A DNA stretch of 64,000 bases. It comes from an uncultured delta proteobacterium (GTDB taxonomy: Bacteria; Desulfobacterota; Desulfomonilia; UBA1062). The notes beneath the pieces were generated by a model, which worked only from the letters and a program-made list of their open reading frames with translations, did not search any database and had not been told where the DNA came from. Below, in pieces: positions 1-12,757 of the stretch (positions within the stretch are counted from its first letter, which is position 1; each line of letters begins with the position of its first letter). The stretch covers positions 128,001-192,000 of the forward strand of contig CAWAUM010000005.1 of assembly GCA_963785235.1 (NCBI GenBank), read 5' to 3'. A program made the position numbers and the translations under genes.

Positions 1-397
1 ATAGGCCAAGATGTGAGTTGGGATTTTAAAACCATAACTTACGCGGTATTATGCGTGGTCAGTAATGAGGCAGATTTTAGTATTAGGTTACATTAGCAGA
101 TCATTGGTTTTCAGATTCTTATAAAGTCTCCATCTATCCCAGTTATCAATGGTTCATGATCTGAGTTTGGAACTAGCAATTTATCGAAGGAATCAACAGC
201 GACAGAGTATCCCTCAATATATAGAGGTTCCACCAATTACTGAGGCTAAACAAATCATTTCTTACTTTTCCACTGTTCAATCCTATTAAGCTAACCCTCT
301 ATCTTTAAGTGATTAAACCAAACTTATGATTTTTAATCGGCTACTGGCCTGCCAATTGCTCTAATAGCCTGGGAAAGGATTCCATTAAGGAGAAAAC

Positions 398-781
398 ATG
401 ATCAAAATAAATCAGATTATTAAAGTGTTACTTTGTCTTACTCTCTTATCAGCATTACTTGTGTTGCCCGCTTGTGGAGGTGGTGGAAGCAATGGTAGTA
501 ATTTAAACCCGGAGGCGGGAAGTGATTTTGTCGCTAAAATTATTACTCCTCTTGAACCGGATGTGTCTATCCACCCTGGAGACTACGTTTATTTCACTTG
601 CTTGCACCTTGTACAGACAGACGTTACTTACAGATGGGATTTTGGCGATGGCACTACATCGGAAGATAAAGATCCAGGCAAGGTTACATTCATGGAGGAA
701 GGTGACTTTACAGTAACACTGACTGTGAGCAAGGGTGAAATTGTAAAGACTGATACCCGCGAGGTCAATGTAGCCCAATAA
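398..781 (+). CDS. PKD-domain lipoprotein
   Basis: Hydrophobic N-terminus ending in lipobox-like LPAC-GGGG; PKD signature YRWDFGDG..S and FTVTLTV; AAGGAG upstream. Confidence 0.8.
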   Translation: MIKINQIIKVLLCLTLLSALLVLPACGGGGSNGSNLNPEAGSDFVAKIITPLEPDVSIHPGDYVYFTCLHLVQTDVTYRWDFGDGTTSEDKDPGKVTFMEEGDFTVTLTVSKGEIVKTDTREVNVAQ

Positions 782-794
782 TTACAAAGGGGGT

Positions 795-823
795 AGCTTA
801 GACATCCTTAAAATATCTAAGCT
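795..823 (+). terminator. Hairpin after PKD gene
   Basis: AGCTTAGA...TCTAAGCT inverted repeat just after the stop codon; weak U tract. Confidence 0.35.
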
Positions 824-982
824 CTTAATGAAGATGTTGATTTCTGTAACTTGAACATTATTATTTTATTACATGTTTTGGCAATGCCTGCTGCATGGAT
901 TTCACGAAGTGAATTATGAGAGAGGTTGTCTGCATCAGCATGTTTGTCGGAACATGAAATAAAAAATCAGAGGAGAGAGCTT

Positions 983-1846
983 ATGATTACAGGGAGAATG
1001 CGTAGTAAGGGATTACAAGCTGTTCTGGTCTCGTTTTTATTGGTCCTCAGCGTCCTTTCATTTGGGGGCACGGCTTTTTCTTTCCACGATATCCTCAGCT
1101 TTGGAGACAGTCTGACCGATAACTACGTGGGACCCACTGGCTACGATAACTTATATGATAGCTATGGGCTCGGGCGCTATACAGATGGGGCTGAAGTCTG
1201 GGTTGAGTATCTCGCCGATGATCTGAACCTGCCTCTCTACGATATGGCATTCGGTGGTGCTACCACAGCATATGACGACCCGGCAGCTAATAACTCACCT
1301 ATTTATGGGTTGCAATGGCAGGTGGATACATTCCTGTCTTTATATGCCAAAGATACCAGAAATTTAACCAACAATACCCTGGTGGTCGTCTGGGCGGGCG
1401 CCAATGATTTCTTGCAAAACAGATCGCCTATTGACGCTGCAAATAATGTAGCATTAGCAATCACGAAGCTCGCTGATAATAAATTCAAGAGATTCCTGGT
1501 CATTAACGTTCCTGATATCGGGATGACCCCGGCATTCATGTACCTGAATACGTTGTATCCTGGTATAGCCGCAGGGGCAACGCAATGGTGCCAGATTTTT
1601 AACACAGCGCTCCAGACAAACGTTAACACTCTGCGTAATCAGAAGATAATGAATGGTAAAACTATCTACTGGTTTGATGCGTTCGAAATGATTCATGAGG
1701 TTGTTGTCGATCCCGCAGAATATTTGAAATATGGAGTCACATCATACCAGGGTTGGTTCTGGACTGATGGGTTCCACCCGTCGGGGGCAGCCCATCTCGC
1801 GATTTCCGACTTTGTATATGAGGTCGTCAACAAAAAGAATAAGTAA
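983..1846 (+). CDS. Secreted SGNH/GDSL-family lipase/esterase
   Basis: Block I FGDSL, block II GGATT, block III GANDF, block V DGFHPS; signal peptide; start taken at ATG 983 after AGGAG. Confidence 0.9.
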   Translation: MITGRMRSKGLQAVLVSFLLVLSVLSFGGTAFSFHDILSFGDSLTDNYVGPTGYDNLYDSYGLGRYTDGAEVWVEYLADDLNLPLYDMAFGGATTAYDDPAANNSPIYGLQWQVDTFLSLYAKDTRNLTNNTLVVVWAGANDFLQNRSPIDAANNVALAITKLADNKFKRFLVINVPDIGMTPAFMYLNTLYPGIAAGATQWCQIFNTALQTNVNTLRNQKIMNGKTIYWFDAFEMIHEVVVDPAEYLKYGVTSYQGWFWTDGFHPSGAAHLAISDFVYEVVNKKNK

Positions 1847-2027
1847 TGATCCTCTTCGGCTCGGGGGATGCTCGGCCTGCTTGTGACCAGGGGGGAACTG
1901 AACCACTCAAAGCATCTCCATCCTTGGTGGCACGGCCCGAGTTTTTCTGCTTCAGGCCCTGAAAACAGCCCGGACCTACCCATTCCGTGGGCGTACCCGG
2001 CAAGTGGACGCTAGTACAAGCAAGAAA

Positions 2028-2061
2028 CGCTGGGACACGTTGAGATCGACGTGTCCCAGCG
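2028..2061. terminator. Probable bidirectional intrinsic terminator
   Basis: Perfect 13-bp stem CGCTGGGACACGT/ACGTGTCCCAGCG with 8-nt loop, between the convergent GDSL and hbd genes. Confidence 0.65.
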
Positions 2062-2173
2062 CATTTTCTGTGGCATATGCGGCACAGACAAAAAAATAAT
2101 GAATATGCTGTCCCTAGTATTGCAAGAAAGTCTTTTTCCCGAACTCACCAATTACCTATTCCCCATTTCATTT

Positions 2174-4273
<2,100 letters not shown>

Positions 4274-4300
4274 TGTGCCTCCTCTAGTAATATAAAATAC

Positions 4301-4420
4301 AGCTAATTGCGAAACTCAAAATAAAGTGTCACCCCCGCGAAAGCGGGGGTCAAGAAGTTCTTGAAAATACTGGATTCCCGCTTTCGCGGGAATGACGACT
4401 CGCGAATTTTGCAATTGGCT
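4301..4420. repeat. REP/MITE-like palindromic element with imperfect terminal inverted repeats
   Basis: Ends AGCTAATTGCGAAACTC / GAATTTTGCAATTGGCT (14/17 inverted match) enclose two opposed GAAA-loop hairpins, ACCCCCGC-GAAA-GCGGGGGT and ATTCCCGC-TTTC-GCGGGAAT. Confidence 0.7.
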
Positions 4421-4434
4421 CAATAGTCGTGATT

Positions 4435-5754
<1,320 letters not shown>

Positions 5755-5764
5755 TTAAGGTTTA

Positions 5765-6415
5765 CTATGCCTTTTTCTTGCCTCGAATAGACCAGTGGCA
5801 ATCCATGGTAAACATTTTAAAGGTTTTTATTTCATCAATCTCAAAGCCCAATGATTTTAAGAGGTTTGGATAATCATATATGGGATGCACGGCATTATCC
5901 GCTGTAACCCAGTAGATTGTGGCGGCCAGGTACCAGTAGATATTTTGAAATGCCTTATAGAACAATCCACCGTCATACGGCAGCTTGAAATCACCGATTA
6001 CCATGGATCCGCCGGGTTTTACAAAGGTTGTGAGATGGGTAAGAATTTTGAGCATCTTTTCTCTTGGAAATACATTCAGAAAATAATTAGCAATAACCAT
6101 GTCGAACTCTGGTTCATAGTTTACTTGAAGGATGTCATTGTTTATGATCCGGATCGGTGTATTCAGGTTTGCCTTATCAATCTTTTTCTGCATGTACTTT
6201 AACATGGTTTCAGAAATATCAACCGCTGTAACATTAATCCCTTTTCTGGCGGCGGCTATTGCCTCGGTACCGTGTCCCACGCCTGCAATGAGAAGCTTAT
6301 CACCCGGGTTCAAATGATCCAGCATTGCGACTTTACATTTTGGAATCTGCCCCAGGCTGTAAAGACTGCCCGTAAACTCATACTGAAATCCCATTAACTT
6401 GTAGCCGTCTTTCAT
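5765..6415 (-). CDS. Class I SAM-dependent methyltransferase
   Basis: Motif I LIAGVGHG, VDISETML, FDMVIANYFL, VKPGGSMVIGDF. Confidence 0.85.
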   Translation of the reverse strand: MKDGYKLMGFQYEFTGSLYSLGQIPKCKVAMLDHLNPGDKLLIAGVGHGTEAIAAARKGINVTAVDISETMLKYMQKKIDKANLNTPIRIINNDILQVNYEPEFDMVIANYFLNVFPREKMLKILTHLTTFVKPGGSMVIGDFKLPYDGGLFYKAFQNIYWYLAATIYWVTADNAVHPIYDYPNLLKSLGFEIDEIKTFKMFTMDCHWSIRGKKKA

Positions 6416-6567
6416 GTGATTCCTCCCACTTTATTCTTATCACAATGTATACCCGTGGAGAATATAAAACAACCAATTACACTTGTATAATATCCAAGAC
6501 TTCAGAACCTGGATTCCAATGTTTCAAAATTAATATTTCTGTTATCGAATAATAAGGCAGCTCAATT

Positions 6568-7206
6568 TTACAGGCCCACGACTAAGCATGTGAGCCCTTG
6601 TGAGGTGCATTTTTGCTCAAAAGACTTGGCAAGGTCCAAGGTGGTGAATGCACCGAACCGTACGCGGTATACAGTATTTCCATAGACCTTGGCTTCCTCG
6701 ATATTTGCTGTGTAGCCCTTCGACTCGAGCATGCCGGAGAGCTTGCGGGCATTCTCTTTATCGGCAAAGGAACCAAACTGCAGGGTGTATCTGCCGCCTG
6801 AATAATACCTGGGCATATCAAGCACCTCGACCCTTACCTTTGCAAGTCCGCAATCAACCATGTCGAGCTCTTTGGCTGCGCCATATGACATGTCGATGAT
6901 CCTGTCTCCCACAAACGGGCCCCGGTCATTGATGGGGACTATGACCTGGTTTCCGTTGGCAAGGTTGGTTACGCGCACCCTGCACCCGAGGGGGATGGTC
7001 TTATGGGCTGCAGTTACCCCGTACATGTTGTAGGGCTCGCCTGAAGCCGTGGGCTTGCCGTGAAAATCCTGGCCATACCACGAGGCTGTCCCGGTCTCTA
7101 CATATCCCGCGCCGGGACGCTGATAGTGTGCGCAACCAGAAAGAAAGACAATAGCGGCGATGATGAATACATGATGTCTATACTTCCAGATATCCCTCGA
7201 TCTCAT
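6568..7206 (-). CDS. rlpA: Septal ring lytic transglycosylase RlpA lipoprotein (DPBB + SPOR)
   Basis: Lipobox LSGC; GTASWYG, TAAHKTIP, INDRGPF, RIIDMS; C-terminal SPOR (LQFGSF, YRVRFG); start uncertain. Confidence 0.92.
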   Translation of the reverse strand: MRSRDIWKYRHHVFIIAAIVFLSGCAHYQRPGAGYVETGTASWYGQDFHGKPTASGEPYNMYGVTAAHKTIPLGCRVRVTNLANGNQVIVPINDRGPFVGDRIIDMSYGAAKELDMVDCGLAKVRVEVLDMPRYYSGGRYTLQFGSFADKENARKLSGMLESKGYTANIEEAKVYGNTVYRVRFGAFTTLDLAKSFEQKCTSQGLTCLVVGL

Positions 7207-9655
7207 GAACAAGCTCCTTGATAGGACGCTCATCTTTGATGCGGTTCTTGTCATCGATGAGTCCCTTTGCCCTGAATGTATCCAATGCCCCTTTATACAC
7301 CGGAAGGCACAAGGACTCGAACCGCTTGATTTCCCCCATTTTGAACATCCTGGTGGCATGACGGTTGATTGCCTTGAGGATGTCTTTATTGTTTACGCCC
7401 TTGACCTTTTCGAGGTTCCTGGCCACGCAGAGGTAGGATTCCAGGTAGTTCTCGATGAGTCCGGCGTACATCTTGAGGATATCAGAGGTCCCGGCGCTTC
7501 CGGCATACATCCCTTTCGTAGTCGTAACAATCCCTGTTTGGGTCATGAACTGTACTGCCTTCTCCACGCTCTTACTGTTGAGAATAAATTCATTCTCCAG
7601 GAGAGCGGCCAGGTTCCTTACCTGTTCTTGAAAGCCCTTCTCGGCAATACCGCCAGGATTCTTTAAGAGTACACTTGAAATGAGCGAAGCCGGGACAAAG
7701 AAATTGAGTATGGTATTTTTATAATACTCAAGGTGAATCCGGTCTTCACTGCCGACAGTTATGAGGTTTGATTCCGGCTCACCTGCAGTTTCGTCAATGG
7801 TGATAAGCCCTTTAACCTTCATCAGGATAAGGGCGTCCCGGAACGAATCCTCCTCACTGGCAAGGGTAGCGCTGAGGTTGCACCCGAGGTGCTTGAGGTA
7901 CTCCAGATAGACATGGAAGCCCTTTTTCAGCGCAACCTCTTCCATGGACGAGGCAGTGCTCATGAGCAAGCACGACATGATGGCAAACGGAGTGGCAACG
8001 GTCTGCTCGTAGATGGCCTGGATGATTTCGTCCGCTACGTTGTCATTTACCCCTTCCTTCTGTCCTGAATCCATCTCAGAATAGGCAGACCTTTGAACCA
8101 TATAGTCATTGAGCGAGATGGGCTTTGCAAAGCGGATATACACCTTGCCGTAGCGGTTTTTCAGGATTGAACCTGCCTGGAGGAGCTGCCATACGTTTTC
8201 CTTCTTTTTCGTTGCGCCCTTCATCTCACTGATATGCGAGTTTTCCTCCACTACCGTGTCATAACCCACATAGACCGGAACAAAGATAACGTCTCTGCTC
8301 ACCCCGGACTCCCAGCCCTGGATGATCATGGACAGAAGCCCTTTTTTCGGGAGCATGAGCTTGCCGGAACGGCTCCTGGTACCTTCGATGAAAAATTCCA
8401 GGGGGATGCGCTCGCCCAGCAGGGTCCTCACATAGGCGCCGAATGTCTGGGCATAGACGGGATTGTCCTTGAAGCTGCGCTTCATGAAAAAGGCGCCGCC
8501 TTTCCTGAGCAGGGTTCCGATGGGGAAGAAGGCGAGGTTGATGCCGGCAGCGATTACAGGCACGCTCATCCAGTTCTCATACAACCAGTAAGACAAGATG
8601 AGGTAGTCGATATGGCTCTTGTGGCAGGGCACATACACGAGAGAGCCTTTCCTCGCGATATCCCTGAGTGCCTGTATCCCCTTGGGGTCAATATCTATGC
8701 CGTCGAATATATTGTTGAAGATCCAGTTAAGCGATTTGGCCATGAAATTGATGACAGCAGGGGTCAGGTCTGCAGCGATCTGTTCGAGGTTTTTCTCCAC
8801 GGAGTCTTCGAGTTCTTTGAGCGATTTTCCTGATTCAGTGGAGAATGACTTCAGAAAAGACTGGAGCATGGGGTCACGTATGGTCTTCTCGATAAGGAAA
8901 GACCGCTCTCTGATGGGTGCGCCTGAGATATTGCTGCCCAACACTGCCAACCTGTGAAGAAGTTCGCCCCTGATCTCGACGGCGATTTCCTCAAAGAATT
9001 TACGCCCGGTCTGGGCCCGTTTGAGCTCATCTAAAAGGTTGATGGGCTCACCATGCTCAACGAAGCCGTGTTCACGCCCCCTGAAAAGGGTTATGAACTT
9101 TCTGAAGCCCGTGACCCGTACCTGTTCTTCGTCCGAGGTGTCCTTGAGCTTGAGCGGGGCGCGATGGTAGACTATGCGTTGGGGAACGAGGAAGATGGGC
9201 GTGTCAGTTTCCCTCTGGACCTTGAGAAGCTCCAGGACAGGGTCAGGCGATTTTTTGGATGGCTCGCTATCGAGAAAGATCAGGGATGCGTTGTGCTTGC
9301 TCTCCATAAATGCTCGGTAGAATCCGTGATCGAATGGGGATGAACCTGCAAGTTTGCCCAGCAGGCGCAAAAAGGCCTTTGTGATCGGCTGGAGCAGCGG
9401 GAAGGAGCGCCCGAAGATGAGGTCAGGGTAGGGCAGGCCGTCGCGTTTGAGCCTGAAGTTGAGCAACAGGGCGTCAATGGTGCTTTTTGAGCCATGAGCG
9501 AAAACGATATGGCCCTGCCCGGCGAGCGCGGTAATGGATTCCTTGTAGAGCTCCGGGAGGTTGATGGGGGAAAAAATGCGCCTGATGAAGGGTCTCAGCA
9601 GCGGCCCGTACGTGCCGGCAAATAGAAAAGGCGAGTCTTTATCTTTCTCTGTCAT
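7178..9655 (-). CDS. plsB: Glycerol-3-phosphate acyltransferase, long PlsB type
   Basis: PCHKSHIDY (HX4D), GAFFMKR, FFIEGTRSRSGK; 825 aa. Confidence 0.88.
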   Translation of the reverse strand: MTEKDKDSPFLFAGTYGPLLRPFIRRIFSPINLPELYKESITALAGQGHIVFAHGSKSTIDALLLNFRLKRDGLPYPDLIFGRSFPLLQPITKAFLRLLGKLAGSSPFDHGFYRAFMESKHNASLIFLDSEPSKKSPDPVLELLKVQRETDTPIFLVPQRIVYHRAPLKLKDTSDEEQVRVTGFRKFITLFRGREHGFVEHGEPINLLDELKRAQTGRKFFEEIAVEIRGELLHRLAVLGSNISGAPIRERSFLIEKTIRDPMLQSFLKSFSTESGKSLKELEDSVEKNLEQIAADLTPAVINFMAKSLNWIFNNIFDGIDIDPKGIQALRDIARKGSLVYVPCHKSHIDYLILSYWLYENWMSVPVIAAGINLAFFPIGTLLRKGGAFFMKRSFKDNPVYAQTFGAYVRTLLGERIPLEFFIEGTRSRSGKLMLPKKGLLSMIIQGWESGVSRDVIFVPVYVGYDTVVEENSHISEMKGATKKKENVWQLLQAGSILKNRYGKVYIRFAKPISLNDYMVQRSAYSEMDSGQKEGVNDNVADEIIQAIYEQTVATPFAIMSCLLMSTASSMEEVALKKGFHVYLEYLKHLGCNLSATLASEEDSFRDALILMKVKGLITIDETAGEPESNLITVGSEDRIHLEYYKNTILNFFVPASLISSVLLKNPGGIAEKGFQEQVRNLAALLENEFILNSKSVEKAVQFMTQTGIVTTTKGMYAGSAGTSDILKMYAGLIENYLESYLCVARNLEKVKGVNNKDILKAINRHATRMFKMGEIKRFESLCLPVYKGALDTFRAKGLIDDKNRIKDERPIKELVHEIEGYLEV

Positions 9656-9706
9656 ACCTGTGTATATAGAACAGCACTTTGAAAATGTGAAGACAGGAGT
9701 TTATAC

Positions 9707-11471
9707 TCATCCTTCTAAAAAAAATGAGATGATGTTCCTGATATCCTTTTTGCTCAAACCTTTAATGCCTTGAAGGTCTGCAGGCGTGATCCGCGAAAGG
9801 TCAGCCAGATGAGATGTGTGCATAAGCAAATATCCGGCCTTTTTCGGTCCGATACCCCGGATACTTTCAAACGCTGAAGTAAATCTGCTTGGAGCGCAGT
9901 TGCCGGTGGTATTTGACGGCAAAGCGGTGCGCCTCATCCCTGAGCCGCTGCAGTGTCCGCAGCCCCACGCTCCGCTCGGGCAGATGGATGGCATCCTTTC
10001 TGCCTGGAAGGAAGAACCGGTCATTCTTTGAACCGTGGGCCTTTGCTATGGAGACAACCGGTATTTTAGGCACACCAAGGTCTTCGAGCACCTTCAGAAA
10101 CACGCCCAGCTGGCCTTTGCCGCCGTCTATCACGATGAGGTCGGGCCGGGTTTCATCATGGTTAAGCCTGCGCTCAAAGACCTCCTTCAGCATGGCGAAG
10201 TCGTCCTGACCGGCAATTGTGCGGATGCGGTAGTGGCGGTACAGGGTTTTGTCCGGCTCACCATCCATGAACACAACGCGTGAGCCTGTCCCCGATCCTC
10301 CCTGGAGATTGGATATGTCATAGCACTCCATCCGGTAGGGGATGGAGCCCAGGTGAAATGCCTTGGCGATCTCTTCAAGTGCCGAGGAGTCCGAGCCTCG
10401 TGCGTGGGTGCGTGCGTTATCCTGTGCCATGGCCATCCACTGCAGAGGTTTTCCCCTGGAAGGCTTTGTTATCTTCACCAGGCTGCCTTTGAGTGTGCCC
10501 AGCACCTCTTGAAGCATGCGTTTGTCCCGGGGCAGGGTATCGGTAAGGATCTGTCCGGGGATCTCACTACCCGCCAGGTAGAACTGGAGCATGATGGTGG
10601 TCATGAGGTCTTCGGCGGCCGCCTCTTTTACCAGGATATTGCGGCTGTCCGTGAGTGTGCCCCGGGCGATCTGCAGCACTGCAACCTGGACATGGTTACG
10701 TGAACGGAATGTGGCGAAAACATTCGTGTCGCCGCGTCCCTGGCCTACTATCACCTGGGGAACAAGGGTTATGCGGATGGCCTCGATCTGGTCCCTTATC
10801 CTGGCTGCCTTTTCAAAGTTGAGTGCTTCGGATTCCTTGAGCATGCGTCCCTGCAGGAGCTTTTCCAGTTCCTTGTCCCTGCCCTCGAGGAAGGCCAACA
10901 GGTCTTTTACCGCCTGGTCATATTCTTTTTTCACAGTCTTGTAGACGCACGGCGCCAGGCACAGGCCGATAGAGTGATAGATGCACGGCCTGGTGCGGTT
11001 GGCGAATTCCGTGTCCTTGCAGCGTCTGATGGGGAAGATGCGGCCGATGGCTGACAGGGTGTTGCGGGTGGCCTGGGCCGAGGAGTAGGGGCCGAAGTAG
11101 CGTGATCCGTCCGAGGTCACCTTGCGGGTTATGGATATGGAGGGCCACTCCACATGGGTTGTTACTTTGATGCGGACATAGGTTTTGTCGTCTTTGAGGT
11201 CGATGTTGTACCTGGGCTTGTGTGCCTTGATGAGCTGGTTTTCCAGCAGCAGGGCCTCGGCCTCGTTCTTGGTGAGGATATAGTCCACGTGTTGCGTAGT
11301 ATCCACGATGCGGCCGACCTGGAGCCGGTCGTCCCCCTTGAGGTATGACCGCACACGGGTCCTTAAATCTTTTGCCTTGCCGATGTAGATGATCTTGCTG
11401 GAAGGGTCCCTGAGTATGTACACGCCCGTGGCCCTGGGCAAACTCTTGATAAGTTCCTCTGTCAGCGCCAT
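9707..11471 (-). CDS. uvrC: Excinuclease ABC subunit C (frameshift near 9890)
   Basis: GIY-YIG (GVYILRD..IIYIGKAK), LNFEKAARIRD, ECYDIS, DGGKGQ, RDEAHRFA; HhH tail IRGIGPKK in another frame. Confidence 0.95.
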
Positions 11472-11531
11472 GGCTGTCGATGATAGCATGTTCACCCCAT
11501 GCAGGCAAAGCCGGCTTGCATGAATTCATAA

Positions 11532-11574
11532 ACCCCCTCTCCCCGAGCGGGAGAGGGTCCGTGGAGAGGGGGGT
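11532..11574. repeat. GC-rich REP-like palindrome
   Basis: ACCCCCTCTCCCCGAGCGGGAGAGGGTCCGTGGAGAGGGGGGT; CCCTCTCC can pair with either of two downstream GGAGAGGG copies. Confidence 0.6.
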
Positions 11575-11670
11575 ATCATGATATTTAATAGACAATGATA
11601 TTTTTCATGGAATATGATTCAATACAGCGAGATATAACAGTCATAATACTTTGAGAATAGTGGTGCAGTC

Positions 11671-12249
11671 ATGAAAGTTATTTACGGTCTCGGCAATCCG
11701 GGCAGGAGCTATGAGCTGACCCGGCACAACGTGGGCTTCATGGTGGTGGACCACCTTACCAAGAAGTGGGGCATCCCCATGAAGAAGAAAAAGGCGGATG
11801 TCATCTACGGCACAGGCAAGGTGGCAGGCATAGAGGCCATGCTCTGCCAGCCACAGACCTTCATGAACTTGAGCGGAGCGCCGCTGAATCCCCTTTACGT
11901 CAAGTCGGAAGACCTCATTGTGATCCACGACGATATGGACATCCCGTTAGGCCAGGTGCGCGTGAAAACAGGGGGCGGCACCGGGGGCCACAAGGGGCTC
12001 ATTTCCATAAAGGGGGCGCTTTCTACCGGTGAGTTCCTCCGCATCCGCTTCGGCATAGGCAGGCCGCCTTCAGAATGGGACCCCAGCGACTACGTCCTGG
12101 GCAGGTTTGCGAAAGAGGACCACGACACGGTACAGGAGCAGATCATCAAGGCAGCCGAGGCGGTGGAGCTGTGCCTCAAGGGCGAGGTGACAAGGGCCAT
12201 GAACACCTTCAACAAGCGCCTGGGCGTGGGCGCGGAAGAAAAAGAATAG
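11671..12249 (+). CDS. pth: Peptidyl-tRNA hydrolase
   Basis: GLGNPG..Y..TRHNVGF, PQTFMNLSG, IHDDMD, GGHKGL, DYVL. Confidence 0.97.
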   Translation: MKVIYGLGNPGRSYELTRHNVGFMVVDHLTKKWGIPMKKKKADVIYGTGKVAGIEAMLCQPQTFMNLSGAPLNPLYVKSEDLIVIHDDMDIPLGQVRVKTGGGTGGHKGLISIKGALSTGEFLRIRFGIGRPPSEWDPSDYVLGRFAKEDHDTVQEQIIKAAEAVELCLKGEVTRAMNTFNKRLGVGAEEKE

Positions 12250-12348
12250 CATCAAAATTTATGAAGGTACTTGCCTGGGCAAAGGCATGGATTATTCTAT
12301 TATGCACTACAATCGCTTGTCCCTGCTTTGAAAGGAGAGCTTGATACT

Positions 12349-12744
12349 ATGAGAAATCTCTTTTACCTCCATGTCTTCTTCATGGCCGCAACGTTCATCA
12401 TCGTCATCTCTGCCGCCACCATCGCCCACAGGAAGAAACAGGGCTGGTTCATGCTGCACCGCAAGGTGGCACTTACAGGGGTGGTGACCGTCCTGGCCGG
12501 CTTTGCTGCAGAGTTCACCTTTAAGGCTGTCTTGCATTACCCGCATTTCCAGTCCCCCCATGCCATAGGAGGATTGATCACTTTGGCCTTGCTGATAATT
12601 ACCCCGGCAGCCGGTTTGCTGATTGCAAAAAATCCTGAAAAGATCAGGCCGATCCACATTACCCTTGGAAAGATCGCCTCTGTTGCCGTCATTGCTACCG
12701 CACTCATGGGGGTAGTTCGCTTTATCGAGATCTCCAGTAATTAA
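12349..12744 (+). CDS. Small 4-TM membrane protein, cytochrome b561-like
   Basis: Four hydrophobic segments, each with a nearby His (LHVFFM, WFMLHR, SPHAIGG, PIHITLG); AAAGGAG upstream of ATG 12349. Confidence 0.65.
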   Translation: MRNLFYLHVFFMAATFIIVISAATIAHRKKQGWFMLHRKVALTGVVTVLAGFAAEFTFKAVLHYPHFQSPHAIGGLITLALLIITPAAGLLIAKNPEKIRPIHITLGKIASVAVIATALMGVVRFIEISSN

Positions 12745-12757
12745 TTGAAAAAAACCA

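Noticed and set aside
1-260. Short minus-strand open stretch (VEPLYIEGY...)
   Set aside because: About 40 codons, with no convincing start or recognisable homology
1847-2027. GC-rich intergenic stretch as a possible SRP, 6S or riboswitch RNA
   Set aside because: No diagnostic motif recognised on either strand; an Rfam scan would be needed
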